Shown here in pieces: positions 9,687 to 18,631 of a DNA stretch of 48,557 nucleotides. Under the pieces are notes generated by a model. The model saw only the letters and a program-made list of their open reading frames with translations, searched no databases and had not been told where the DNA came from. The stretch comes from Halieaceae bacterium (lineage in GTDB: Bacteria; Pseudomonadota; Gammaproteobacteria; Pseudomonadales; Halieaceae): NCBI GenBank assembly GCA_036351405.1, contig JAZBOZ010000310.1, positions 1-48,557 on the forward strand. Direction: 5' to 3'. Positions within the stretch are counted from its first letter, which is position 1, and every line of letters begins with the position of its first letter. A program made the translations under genes and the position numbers.

Positions 9687-10667
9687 TCAGCCGAGCAGGT
9701 GAGCCACCGCGTCGCGCTCCTCGGTGAGTTCTGCTTCGGTAGCACGCATTTTGGCTTCGCTGAACTCCCCGACCTCGACGCCCTGAACGATCTCCCAATC
9801 GCCGTTCTTGCAGCGACAGGGGAACGAGTAGATGAGTCCCTCGGTGATGCCGTAGGAGCCGTCAGAGTAGACGCCCATGGAAACCCAATCGTTGTCGTCC
9901 GTGCCCAGCGCCCAGCTGCGCATATGATCGATCGCTGCATTGGCTGCTGAGGCTGCTGAGGACGCACCTCGCGCTTTGATGATCGCCGCGCCGCGTTGCT
10001 GCACAGTGGGAATGAAATCCGCTTCATACCACTCCTGATCCACCAGCTCGATAGCGGGCTTGCCGTCAACCAAGGTGTTGAACAAGTCGGGGTACTGCGT
10101 CGCTGAGTGATTACCCCAAATCGTCATTTGCTTGACGTCGTTGACTGTCTTGCCGGTCTTTTGCGCGATTTGCGTCATAGCGCGATTGTGATCGAGGCGC
10201 GTCATGGCGGTGAATTGGCGCGGGTTGATATCGGGTGCATTGCGCTGCGTGATCAGCGCATTGGTGTTGGCCGGGTTGCCGACGACGAGGACTTTGATGC
10301 CCTTCGAGGCATGGTCGTTAATGGCTTTGCCCTGAACCGAGAAGATCGCCGCGTTGGCTTCAAGCAGGTCTTTGCGCTCCATGCCCGGGCCACGAGGACG
10401 GGCGCCGACCAGCAGTGCGTAATCGGCGTCTTTGAACGCGACGTTAGGATCGTCCGAGCAGGTGATGCCGGCCAGTAGCGGGAAGGCACAATCGTCAAGC
10501 TCCATTCGAACCCCTTCCAACGCCTCCATTGCCGGCGTGATGTCGAGCAATTGCAATATGACGGGTTGGTCGTCGCCGAGCATGGCGCCGGAGGCAATGC
10601 GGAACAGTAGGGCGTAGCCGATCTGGCCGGCAGCGCCGGTGACTGTGACGCGAACGGGTGCTTTCAT
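9687..10667 (-). CDS. mdh: NAD-dependent malate dehydrogenase (type 2, cytosolic-MDH-like)
   Basis: [10 protein letters not shown] Rossmann motif, [43 protein letters not shown]. Confidence 0.96.
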   Translation of the reverse strand: MKAPVRVTVTGAAGQIGYALLFRIASGAMLGDDQPVILQLLDITPAMEALEGVRMELDDCAFPLLAGITCSDDPNVAFKDADYALLVGARPRGPGMERKDLLEANAAIFSVQGKAINDHASKGIKVLVVGNPANTNALITQRNAPDINPRQFTAMTRLDHNRAMTQIAQKTGKTVNDVKQMTIWGNHSATQYPDLFNTLVDGKPAIELVDQEWYEADFIPTVQQRGAAIIKARGASSAASAANAAIDHMRSWALGTDDNDWVSMGVYSDGSYGITEGLIYSFPCRCKNGDWEIVQGVEVGEFSEAKMRATEAELTEERDAVAHLLG

Positions 10668-10715
10668 GACGGTGTCCTCAATTGGCGTGGTTTAAGCTTT
10701 TAATCTGGCGCGCGG

Positions 10716-10744
10716 ATTGTCGAATCCTGCGCGGCAAAAGACAA
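10716..10744 (-). promoter_or_regulatory. Putative sigma70 promoter for mdh
   Basis: Minus strand TTGTCT-17 nt-GACAAT in the divergent intergenic region. Confidence 0.35.
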
Positions 10745-10786
10745 GGGCGGGCTGTGGGCTGTGACAAAGGGCCTTCGGCGTTTTTT

Positions 10787-10815
10787 TTGCGTCGCAGCAA
10801 AGGGTTGCCTATCAT
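10787..10815 (+). promoter_or_regulatory. Putative sigma70 promoter for ttcA-ccmAB
   Basis: TTGCGT-17 nt-TATCAT preceded by a T-tract. Confidence 0.5.
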
Positions 10816-10848
10816 GCGCCACCCTCCGCACCCGAATACTATGCAGTC

Positions 10849-11700
10849 ATGAACGATTCCAGTGGTGATCCGCGCCGCGGCCGGACCGAATTCAATAAAC
10901 TGCGTAAGCGATTGCGCCGCAACGTGGGCAACGCCATCGCCGACTTTAATATGATTGAGGCGGGCGACCGCGTCATGGTGTGCGTCTCTGGCGGGAAAGA
11001 TTCTTACGGCATGCTGGATATCCTCATGCATTTGCGCGACAGCGCGCCGATCGACTTCGAACTCATCGCCGTCAACCTCGACCAGAAGCAACCCGGCTTC
11101 CCCGAAGAAGTGCTCCCCGAATATCTCGAAAAGCAGGGGGTGCCGTACTACATTCTCGAACGGGATACTTATTCGGTCGTCAAATCAGTGATTCCGGAGG
11201 GCAAAACGACCTGCGGGCTCTGCTCGAGACTCCGTCGCGGGACGCTTTATGGCTTCGCTGAACAGATCGGCGCCCACAAGATTGCGCTGGGTCATCACCG
11301 CGATGACATTGTAGAGACCCTCTTTCTCAACATGTTCTTCGCAGGCAAGTTGAAGGCCATGCCGCCGAAACTGCTCAGTGATGATGGCAAAAACGTGGTG
11401 ATTCGGCCCATGGCGTATTGTAAGGAGAAGGACTTGGCGCGTTATGCAGAGGCCATGTCTTTCCCCATCATCCCCTGCAACTTGTGTGGGTCTCAGGACA
11501 ACCTGCAGCGGGTTGAAATCAAGCGAATGCTCGCGGATTGGGAGCGCCAGTACCCGGGTCGCATTGAGACCATTTTTAGAGCGATCGGCGACGTTGCGCC
11601 CTCCCAGCTTGCAGATCACAAGCTGTTTGATTTCAAAGGGTTGCGGGTTGAAGTTGATGCTGATATCCATCTTCCCGGCATTCGTGTGGTGAATCTCTGA
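10849..11700 (+). CDS. ttcA: tRNA 2-thiocytidine(32) synthetase TtcA
   Basis: PP-loop [31 protein letters not shown]. Confidence 0.95.
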   Translation: MNDSSGDPRRGRTEFNKLRKRLRRNVGNAIADFNMIEAGDRVMVCVSGGKDSYGMLDILMHLRDSAPIDFELIAVNLDQKQPGFPEEVLPEYLEKQGVPYYILERDTYSVVKSVIPEGKTTCGLCSRLRRGTLYGFAEQIGAHKIALGHHRDDIVETLFLNMFFAGKLKAMPPKLLSDDGKNVVIRPMAYCKEKDLARYAEAMSFPIIPCNLCGSQDNLQRVEIKRMLADWERQYPGRIETIFRAIGDVAPSQLADHKLFDFKGLRVEVDADIHLPGIRVVNL

Positions 11701-11701
11701 C

Positions 11702-12304
11702 GTGAGCGGCGTTCTGCTTAACGCAACCGATGTGGCCGTTGAACGCGGTGAGCGCCAACTGTTAACGGGCGTCTCGCTGACGGTATCAGCGGGAGAGCTG
11801 TGGCAGGTCACGGGGGCCAACGGGCTGGGCAAAACCAGCCTGCTCAGAGGGCTCGCCGGGTTATCCCGGTTTGGGGTGACGGGTGATATTCGGCTGATGA
11901 GCCCGGTGCTTTATCTCGGGCATCTGCCTGCCAACAAGCCATTGCTGTCACCTATCGACAATTTGCGCTGGCATCCCAGCGGCCGCAGGCAGGCCGCTCT
12001 GTCAGAGATTGAAACCGCACTGGCCGCGGTGGGATTGGTCGGGTTTGAAGATAGCCCGCTGAACACCCTGTCTGCCGGTCAACAGCGCAGGGTGGCGCTC
12101 GCCCGATTGTGGCTAGCCAGCGAGCCGCTGTGGCTATTGGATGAACCGTTTACTGCAGTTGATATTGACGGTGTGCAATTACTGGAGCAACGCCTGGTAG
12201 ATCACGTCGAGGAGGGTGGGGCTGTTGTGTTCACCAGCCACCAACCCAATCGCTTTGGCGACCGCGTGAACATTCTCAAACTCGGGGAGTTCGCGAGTGG
12301 CTGA
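11702..12304 (+). CDS. ccmA: Heme exporter ATP-binding protein CcmA
   Basis: GANGLGKTS, LSAGQQRRVALARL, LWLLDEPF. First gene of the ccm cluster; GTG start. Confidence 0.92.
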   Translation: MSGVLLNATDVAVERGERQLLTGVSLTVSAGELWQVTGANGLGKTSLLRGLAGLSRFGVTGDIRLMSPVLYLGHLPANKPLLSPIDNLRWHPSGRRQAALSEIETALAAVGLVGFEDSPLNTLSAGQQRRVALARLWLASEPLWLLDEPFTAVDIDGVQLLEQRLVDHVEEGGAVVFTSHQPNRFGDRVNILKLGEFASG

Positions 12305-13004
12305 GCGCACCAATACCGAGATCGTCCAGCCCTTGATGGTGTTCCTGCGAGGGCAACTCATGCGCCATCTCAAGTCAGGGCTGCGTCGTCCGGGGGAGGT
12401 CGCGAACCCACTGCTTTTCTTTGTGATGGTGGTGACTTTGTTCCCGCTGGGTCTTGGCCCAGACCCGGAGCGTTTGAGAGAGATGGCGCCCGGCATATTG
12501 TGGGTGGTGGCGTTGCTGTCCAATTTGACCACCAGTCACCGTTTGTTTGCTGGGGATTTTGAGGATGGCAGTCTCGAGCAGCTGGCGATTGCGCCGCAGC
12601 CATTGGCCCTGTCTTCTTTGGCGCAGACCCTGGCTCACTGGCTGTTGAGTGGCGTCACGCTGTCACTGGCTGCACCGCTGTTTGGTCTAATGCTCGGCTT
12701 GCCCGTTGCGGCCATGCCCACGCTAATGTTCAGCCTCCTGCTGGGGAGTCTTTGTTTGGCGTTGGTGGGTTCGGTGGGTGCAGCACTGACGGTTGGCATT
12801 CGTCGCGGTGGATTGTTGCTGTCATTGTTGGTGATTCCGCTTTACGTGCCGGTTTTGATCTTCGGTGTGAGCGCGGTGTCCGAGGCCATTATCGATGGTT
12901 CGCCGGCTCGCTGGCTGGCGCTATTGGGGGCTTTTGCCGCTGCGGGTCTGGTTTTGATTCCGCTCGCTGTGTCGGCGGCGCTGCGTATCTCCATCGATGC
13001 CTAA
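12297..13004 (+). CDS. ccmB: Heme exporter permease CcmB
   Basis: NPLLFF..VTLFPLGLGP, F.GDFEDGSLEQL, LLVIPLYVPVLIFG. Confidence 0.93.
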   Translation: MAERTNTEIVQPLMVFLRGQLMRHLKSGLRRPGEVANPLLFFVMVVTLFPLGLGPDPERLREMAPGILWVVALLSNLTTSHRLFAGDFEDGSLEQLAIAPQPLALSSLAQTLAHWLLSGVTLSLAAPLFGLMLGLPVAAMPTLMFSLLLGSLCLALVGSVGAALTVGIRRGGLLLSLLVIPLYVPVLIFGVSAVSEAIIDGSPARWLALLGAFAAAGLVLIPLAVSAALRISIDA

Positions 13005-13045
13005 CCTGGATTTTTTGCAGTTCACGTACTGGATATAATTCGTCT

Positions 13046-13786
13046 ATGTGGTCAATCGTGCACAAAATGGGGTCGCCCCCTTGGTTCTACCGCTTCAGTG
13101 GTTTGGTCATTAGGTGGCTGTTACCCATCGTGGTCCTACTCTTGGTTGTCGGTGCGATCTGGGGCCTGATGTTTGCGCCCGCCGATTTCAAACAGGGCAA
13201 TAGCTACCGCATCATTTTTATACACGTCCCGGCATCCGTGGTCGCCCTCGCGGGCTATTACGTGATGGCCTTTGCCGGCGCGGTGAGCCTCATCTGGAAG
13301 ATCAAGATGGCGGATCTGGCGATGCGGGCGATCGCGCCTGTAGGCGCAGCGCTGACCTTCATCGCCCTGGTCACCGGCGCTATCTGGGGTAAGCCTACTT
13401 GGGGTACTTGGTGGGTCTGGGATGCCCGGATCACATCCATGCTGATTTTGTTGTTCCTCTATTTGGGCGTGGTTGCCTTGTTCGGCGCTTATGACAACAA
13501 GGTGGCCGCAGCGAAAGCCTGCGCGGTGCTGAGTCTCGTGGGGATGGTCAATATACCCATCATCTACAAATCGGTGGACTGGTGGTACTCGCTGCATCAG
13601 CCGGCGTCGATCAAATTTACCGGTGAATCCACCATTGACCCTTCGATGCTGTATCCGCTGCTGCTGATGATTGCTGCTTTCTACGGTCTGTTCACCACGG
13701 TGATGTTGCTCAACATGCGCGCCGATCTGATGGCGCAGAATCGCCGCGCCAGCTGGCTTGAGCGCGACCTGTTAGGAGAAGACTGA
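13046..13786 (+). CDS. ccmC: Heme lyase/transporter CcmC
   Basis: Trp-rich WGKPTWGTWWVWDARITS, YRIIFIHVP, WWYSLHQ. True start is ATG 13046; the ORF-track extension to 12752 overlaps ccmB. Confidence 0.94.
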   Translation: MWSIVHKMGSPPWFYRFSGLVIRWLLPIVVLLLVVGAIWGLMFAPADFKQGNSYRIIFIHVPASVVALAGYYVMAFAGAVSLIWKIKMADLAMRAIAPVGAALTFIALVTGAIWGKPTWGTWWVWDARITSMLILLFLYLGVVALFGAYDNKVAAAKACAVLSLVGMVNIPIIYKSVDWWYSLHQPASIKFTGESTIDPSMLYPLLLMIAAFYGLFTTVMLLNMRADLMAQNRRASWLERDLLGED

Positions 13787-13986
13787 TGTATTTCGAGAAC
13801 CTGTCGGACGCTATCGCGATGGGTGGCCACGGTCCCTATGTGTGGTCAGCCTATGTGATTACGCTGCTGGTCATTCTGGGGCTGTTGGTGACGCCTATTA
13901 AGCGAGGCAGGGAACTACGGCGACAAATTCGTGCCGAACTGCGTCGTAAAGCGCAAGTAAATGAGGGAGATGCGCGTGCATCCTAA
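13786..13986 (+). CDS. ccmD: Heme exporter protein CcmD
   Basis: 66 aa, MGGHGPYVWSAY plus one TM helix and a basic tail, between ccmC and ccmE. Confidence 0.92.
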   Translation: MYFENLSDAIAMGGHGPYVWSAYVITLLVILGLLVTPIKRGRELRRQIRAELRRKAQVNEGDARAS

Positions 13987-14419
13987 ACGCAAGCAGCGAT
14001 TAATCATTGTCATCGCGGTGGTACTGCTCAGCAGCGTCGCCATCGGCCTCGTCGTTTGGGCGCTGAGAGGCAACATCAATTTGTTCTATCCCCCCGCCGA
14101 TGTAGTGGCGGGTCTCGCGCCTACGGATCGCACCATTCGTGTAGGGGGCATGGTTGTTGAGGGTAGCGTGCAGCGCGGCAGCGCGGATCTAACGACGACG
14201 TTTGCCGTTACGGACTACGAAGCGGAAGTAACCGTCACGTACACCGGTATCCTCCCGGATCTTTTTTCGGAGGGAGAGGGCGTTGTGGCGTCGGGTAAAT
14301 TGGGGCCCGATGGGGTGCTGGTTGCCAGCGAAGTGCTCGCCAAACACGATGAGAACTACATGCCTCCGGAGGTTGCAGCGGCATTAGAGGGCAAGGGCCC
14401 GGGAGCGGTATCTAAATGA
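13976..14419 (+). CDS. ccmE: Heme chaperone CcmE
   Basis: (M)HPKRKQRL N-terminus, YTGILPDLFSEGEG, heme-binding LAKHDENYMP. GTG start at 13976 after SD GGGAGA. Confidence 0.95.
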   Translation: MHPKRKQRLIIVIAVVLLSSVAIGLVVWALRGNINLFYPPADVVAGLAPTDRTIRVGGMVVEGSVQRGSADLTTTFAVTDYEAEVTVTYTGILPDLFSEGEGVVASGKLGPDGVLVASEVLAKHDENYMPPEVAAALEGKGPGAVSK

Positions 14420-16386
14420 TCGGTGAACTTGGACATTTCGCACTCATATTGGCGTTCATACTGTCACTGTTTCAGGGCGTTTTGCCGCTGTGGGGGGCGT
14501 GGCGGGGCGATACCCGGATGATGAATCTGGCACCGTCGCTCGCTGTGGGGATCCTGGTTTTCCTGCTGCTCTCGTTCGGGTTCCTCTCACTGGCCTTTCT
14601 CAACGATGATTTTTCATTGCAGGTCGTGGCGAACAACTCCAACAGCCTGCTGCCGCCGATCTACAAATTCTCTGCAGTATGGGGCAACCACGAAGGGTCA
14701 CTCCTGCTATGGGTGCTGATTCTTGCCGGCTGGATGACGGCCGTTGCGATTTACAGTCGCGGACTGCCACTTATTGTGCTGGCACGAGTGCTGGGAGTCA
14801 TGGGATTGGTGTCTGTAGGCTTCACTGCATTTTCATTGTTCACCTCCAATCCTTTCGCGCGCTTATTGCCGGGAATCCCGGTGGAGGGGCGGGATTTAAA
14901 TCCGCTGCTGCAGGATCCCGGGCTCATCATTCACCCGCCATTGCTATACATGGGTTATGTCGGATTTGCTGTGCCTTTTGCCTTTGCGATTGCAGCCCTT
15001 TTGGGTGGCCGTCTCGACGCCGCCTGGGCGCGATGGTCGCGACCCTGGACTAACGTCGCTTGGGGTTTCCTCACATTGGGCATCATGCTGGGCAGCTGGT
15101 GGGCTTACTATGAACTTGGCTGGGGCGGCTGGTGGTTCTGGGATCCTGTCGAGAATGCGTCATTTATGCCATGGCTGGTGGGTACTGCGCTCCTGCATAG
15201 CCTCGCAGCCACGGAAAAACGCGGCTTGTTCCGCTCCTGGACCGTCTTGATGGCAATATCAGCCTTCTCGCTGTCTCTGCTGGGGACCTTTCTGGTGCGA
15301 TCTGGCGTGCTCACATCGGTACACGCCTTCGCCGCGGACCCGGATCGCGGTCTTTTTATATTGCTGTTTTTGGCGGTGGTCATCGGTGGATCCCTGACCT
15401 TGTACGCGCTGCGAGCCCCCGCCGTAGCGAGCCGTATTCGCTACGACGCCATCTCGCGGGAAGCATTGCTGCTGGTCAATAACTTCGTGTTTAGTGTTGC
15501 CGCGCTTACAGTCCTACTTGGAACACTGTTTCCACTCTTGGTCGACGCGCTGGGGCAGGGTAAGTACTCAGTGGGTCCGCCTTATTTTAATGCGGTGTTT
15601 GTACCCATGATGGCGTTGTTGCTGCCCTTCATGGCGGTGGGACCTATCTCGCGCTGGAAGCGGGACAGCGTATCTCGCTGGTGGCATGAACTGTTGGTGC
15701 CTGCGATTGTGGTCGCTGTCGCAGCGGTGGGCTTGCCCTTCATCGGCGGCAGTTTCAACGTCTGGGTGGCATTTGCTGTGCTGCTATCGGGTTGGATGGT
15801 GGCTGGTCTGCTCCGTGACGCCTGGAACCGCACGCTAACGGCCCGCGGGTGGGCGGCCAAACTGAAGCGCCTCACGCCCAGCTACTGGGGTATGTTGATG
15901 GCTCACTTCGGCTTTGCCATGGCGGTTATGGGGGCAGTGGTCGCCACGCAACACAGCATTGAACGCGACGTACGTATGCAGGTGGGTGACAGCCAGACCC
16001 TCTCGGGATATCGGTTCGAATTGACCAACATCGTCAACGCAGATGGTCCCAATTATCGTGCAGACAGTGCGGTTTTCTCGGTCTGGAAAGGCGAACAATT
16101 GCTGGGCGAACTGCGGCCCGAAAAACGCCGTTATCTGGCGAGCAATCAGGTGATGACCGAGGCGGCTATTGATGCCGGTTTCCTGAGGGACCTGTATGTT
16201 GCCATGGGGGAGCCTCTTGAGGACGGTGCGTGGGCGATTCGTCTGCAGTACAAACCCATGATTCGCTGGCTATGGCTGGGCGCCATATTGATCGGTTTCG
16301 GTGGAATGGTCACCGCCGTTGATCGTCGCTATCGCGCTACCCAGCGTGCAGAGGCGCCGGCGGGAGCAGCCCATGCGGCGACTTAA
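14416..16386 (+). CDS. ccmF: Cytochrome c heme lyase CcmF
   Basis: WGNHEGS, LNPLLQDP, HPPLLYMGY, WAYYELGWGGWWFWDPVENASF, SVHAFA. Confidence 0.96.
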   Translation: MIGELGHFALILAFILSLFQGVLPLWGAWRGDTRMMNLAPSLAVGILVFLLLSFGFLSLAFLNDDFSLQVVANNSNSLLPPIYKFSAVWGNHEGSLLLWVLILAGWMTAVAIYSRGLPLIVLARVLGVMGLVSVGFTAFSLFTSNPFARLLPGIPVEGRDLNPLLQDPGLIIHPPLLYMGYVGFAVPFAFAIAALLGGRLDAAWARWSRPWTNVAWGFLTLGIMLGSWWAYYELGWGGWWFWDPVENASFMPWLVGTALLHSLAATEKRGLFRSWTVLMAISAFSLSLLGTFLVRSGVLTSVHAFAADPDRGLFILLFLAVVIGGSLTLYALRAPAVASRIRYDAISREALLLVNNFVFSVAALTVLLGTLFPLLVDALGQGKYSVGPPYFNAVFVPMMALLLPFMAVGPISRWKRDSVSRWWHELLVPAIVVAVAAVGLPFIGGSFNVWVAFAVLLSGWMVAGLLRDAWNRTLTARGWAAKLKRLTPSYWGMLMAHFGFAMAVMGAVVATQHSIERDVRMQVGDSQTLSGYRFELTNIVNADGPNYRADSAVFSVWKGEQLLGELRPEKRRYLASNQVMTEAAIDAGFLRDLYVAMGEPLEDGAWAIRLQYKPMIRWLWLGAILIGFGGMVTAVDRRYRATQRAEAPAGAAHAAT

Positions 16387-16894
16387 ACTCTTCGCGCCTT
16401 TGGCCGCGTTTCTGCTGCTGGCCGTTTTTTTGTTCCGGGGGCTTTCACTCGATCCGACCGCACTCCCTTCCGCCCGTGTCGGTCAGCCATTGCCGGCTTT
16501 TTCATTACCTGAGCTCGCTTCCGGGGAGATGCTGTCGCCGGCCTCCCTCGCTGGAAAGCCTGCATTGCTCAACGTTTGGGCAACCTGGTGCTACTCATGC
16601 CGGGTTGAACATCCCTACCTGCTTCAGCTCGCAGAGCAGGGGGTGACTATTTACGGTCTCAACTACAAAGACGAGGACGCCAAGGCGTCAGCCTGGCTTA
16701 AACAACTCGGAGATCCCTATCGACAAACGATTGTCGACGCCGAGGGCACGCTGGGGCTGGATTTGGGCGTTTATGGCGCCCCTGAAACCTATGTGGTCGA
16801 TGCGGAGGGTGTCGTCCGATACCGCCATGTGGGGGTCGTCAACGAGCAGGTTTGGAATGACGTATTGGCATCCTATTTTGAGGAGAGTCCATGA
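16373..16894 (+). CDS. ccmG: Thiol:disulfide oxidoreductase CcmG/DsbE
   Basis: N-terminal anchor, LLNVWATWCYSCRVEHP, GLNYKD, GVYGAPETY. Start is ATG 16373 after GGGAG. Confidence 0.93.
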   Translation: MRRLKLFAPLAAFLLLAVFLFRGLSLDPTALPSARVGQPLPAFSLPELASGEMLSPASLAGKPALLNVWATWCYSCRVEHPYLLQLAEQGVTIYGLNYKDEDAKASAWLKQLGDPYRQTIVDAEGTLGLDLGVYGAPETYVVDAEGVVRYRHVGVVNEQVWNDVLASYFEESP

Positions 16895-17343
16895 GGTATC
16901 TCACATTACTGTTGCTGTTGTGTGCGATGCCCGTGCTGGCGGTCATCGAAACTTACACGTTTAGCCGCCCCGAGCTGGAAGCCCGTTATCACGAACTTAG
17001 CCAGGAATTACGCTGTCCGAAATGCCAAAACCAAAACATTGCTGATTCCAATGCACCTATTTCCCGCGATTTGCGGGCGTTGCTGCATCGCAAGCTGGAA
17101 GAGGGTGCCAGCGACGAAGAAATCCTCGATTTCATGGTCGCGCGCTACGGGGAGTTCGTACGCTATCGTCCTGCGGTAGACGAAAATACCGCGGTTCTGT
17201 GGTACGCACCTTTCGTCCTCATTGCAGTAGGCGCTATTGGCCTGATGGTTCACCTGCGCGGTCGACGCTCAGTGGAAGATGCACCGCTCACCGATGCGGA
17301 GCGCGAAGCGCTGTCCCGCAAGCTGGAAGAGGCTGAGTCATGA
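16891..17343 (+). CDS. ccmH: Cytochrome c biogenesis protein CcmH
   Basis: LRCPKCQNQNIADSNA, RYGEFVRYRP. Confidence 0.94.
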   Translation: MRYLTLLLLLCAMPVLAVIETYTFSRPELEARYHELSQELRCPKCQNQNIADSNAPISRDLRALLHRKLEEGASDEEILDFMVARYGEFVRYRPAVDENTAVLWYAPFVLIAVGAIGLMVHLRGRRSVEDAPLTDAEREALSRKLEEAES

Positions 17344-18524
17344 GCCTGCAGTTTTGGTTGGCCGCACTCACCATGGCGGTCGGCGCGTTTTTCTTCCTGC
17401 TCTTTTTGCCGCAGAAGTGGCGCCGGTCGCGGCGCGGTGAGTCAACCGCTGACTGGGTGAGGCTCCGTAAGTCCGAGCTATCCGGTGCAGAAGGGCAGCT
17501 CCTCGATGAGGTTGAATTGCGCGCCCTCGAAGACTTGAGCACTCCAGCGAGCGATAGTGATAAACCCGAGGCGAAGCCGATCCCGCTGTGGTGGTTGGCC
17601 CCACTGCTGGTTGTCGGCGCTGTGGCGGTGTACCACTTGTTGGGTAGCTTTGAAGACGTTCTGATCACCGATGAACTGGCGAATCTTGACCCCAACTCGG
17701 AAGCAGCGGTCTCCGCAGTGATCCAGCGAATCGAGGCTCGGGCAGAGGCGCGACCGGATAACGTGGACTATTTGTCGTTATTGGGGGAGTACCACGCGGC
17801 TCGCGGCGAGCACCAAAGTGCACTTGAGGCTTACGAGCAGTTGATCGAGTTGTTGCCCGACAATCCGCAAATGCTCGGGCGGGCTGCACAGGCCGAATTT
17901 CTCGCGACTGGCGAGCTTGGCCCAGTGGCTCGCGCGCGTGCTGAGGCTGCGTTGGCGATTAATCCTAACCAGCGCGCGGCGTTGGGCACGCTGGGTATGG
18001 GCGCCTTCGAGTCTGGCGAGTACCGCGCGGCAATTGGTTTTTGGCAGCGCATGCTGGCAATGGAAACGCCGGGCACACCGGGCTATCAGATGATGCAGCA
18101 AGTCATCGCTGAGGCGGCTCAGCGGGCAGGCCTTGTGCCCGAGGCGCTGGCGCAATCGGGAGCTGAGTCCGCTGCGGACTCCGGCATAGGCATCAGGGTT
18201 ACGGTGGAAGCTCCGGATTCAGCGTCGATTGCGGCCACTGACACGGTGTTCATCCTCGCCAGACCCAGCGGCGCGCAATCACGGATGCCCACGGCGGTTG
18301 TCAGACGACCCGCTGAGGGCTGGCCGATGACCGTGCGGTTGACTGACAGCGATGCCATGGCTGGTCAAAAGCTGTCGTCACTGGATGCGGTGGAGGTGGA
18401 GGTACAGGTGTCACCCAGCGGGCAGCCGGGCCGTAACAGCGCCAGTTGGTTCGCTGTGGCCGACAACGTGGTACCCTCCAATGATACGGAACTCACGCTG
18501 ACTCTCCAGCCAGTTCAGCGCTGA
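17340..18524 (+). CDS. ccmI: Cytochrome c biogenesis TPR protein CcmI/CycH
   Basis: Two N-terminal TM segments, TPR-like helical repeats, C-terminal domain VFILAR...MP.AV.R....WP.TVRLTDSDAM. Follows ccmH. Confidence 0.85.
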   Translation: MSLQFWLAALTMAVGAFFFLLFLPQKWRRSRRGESTADWVRLRKSELSGAEGQLLDEVELRALEDLSTPASDSDKPEAKPIPLWWLAPLLVVGAVAVYHLLGSFEDVLITDELANLDPNSEAAVSAVIQRIEARAEARPDNVDYLSLLGEYHAARGEHQSALEAYEQLIELLPDNPQMLGRAAQAEFLATGELGPVARARAEAALAINPNQRAALGTLGMGAFESGEYRAAIGFWQRMLAMETPGTPGYQMMQQVIAEAAQRAGLVPEALAQSGAESAADSGIGIRVTVEAPDSASIAATDTVFILARPSGAQSRMPTAVVRRPAEGWPMTVRLTDSDAMAGQKLSSLDAVEVEVQVSPSGQPGRNSASWFAVADNVVPSNDTELTLTLQPVQR

Positions 18525-18631
18525 CTCAACGGTTTTTAGCCGATTAAACAATAAGTTGTGCGTCGTTCTTACAGGAGCGATGCATCTCGGATGACGACGC
18601 AATAGCGTCGTCTGCCAGTGACAGGAAAAAC

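Noticed and set aside
10740-10790. Short direct repeats (GGGCTGT x2, GACAA(A)GGGC x2) and a GCC-TTC-GGC plus T8 pseudo-terminator between mdh and ttcA
   Set aside because: The stem is only 3 bp and the repeats are short. The T-tract is better explained as the upstream element of the ttcA promoter.
12752-13045. Long N-terminal extensions in the ORF track for ccmC (also ccmG, pstS, sdhC, sdhA, sucB)
   Set aside because: The extensions overlap upstream genes or promoters and are unlike the families. Downstream starts match the known N-termini and mostly have SDs.
18580-18605. Two overlapping 4-codon mini-ORFs (MHLG*, MTTQ*) in the smc leader
   Set aside because: Spacing from the AGGAG is poor (2 and 13 nt) and such tiny ORFs arise by chance. 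Ribo-seq would be needed.
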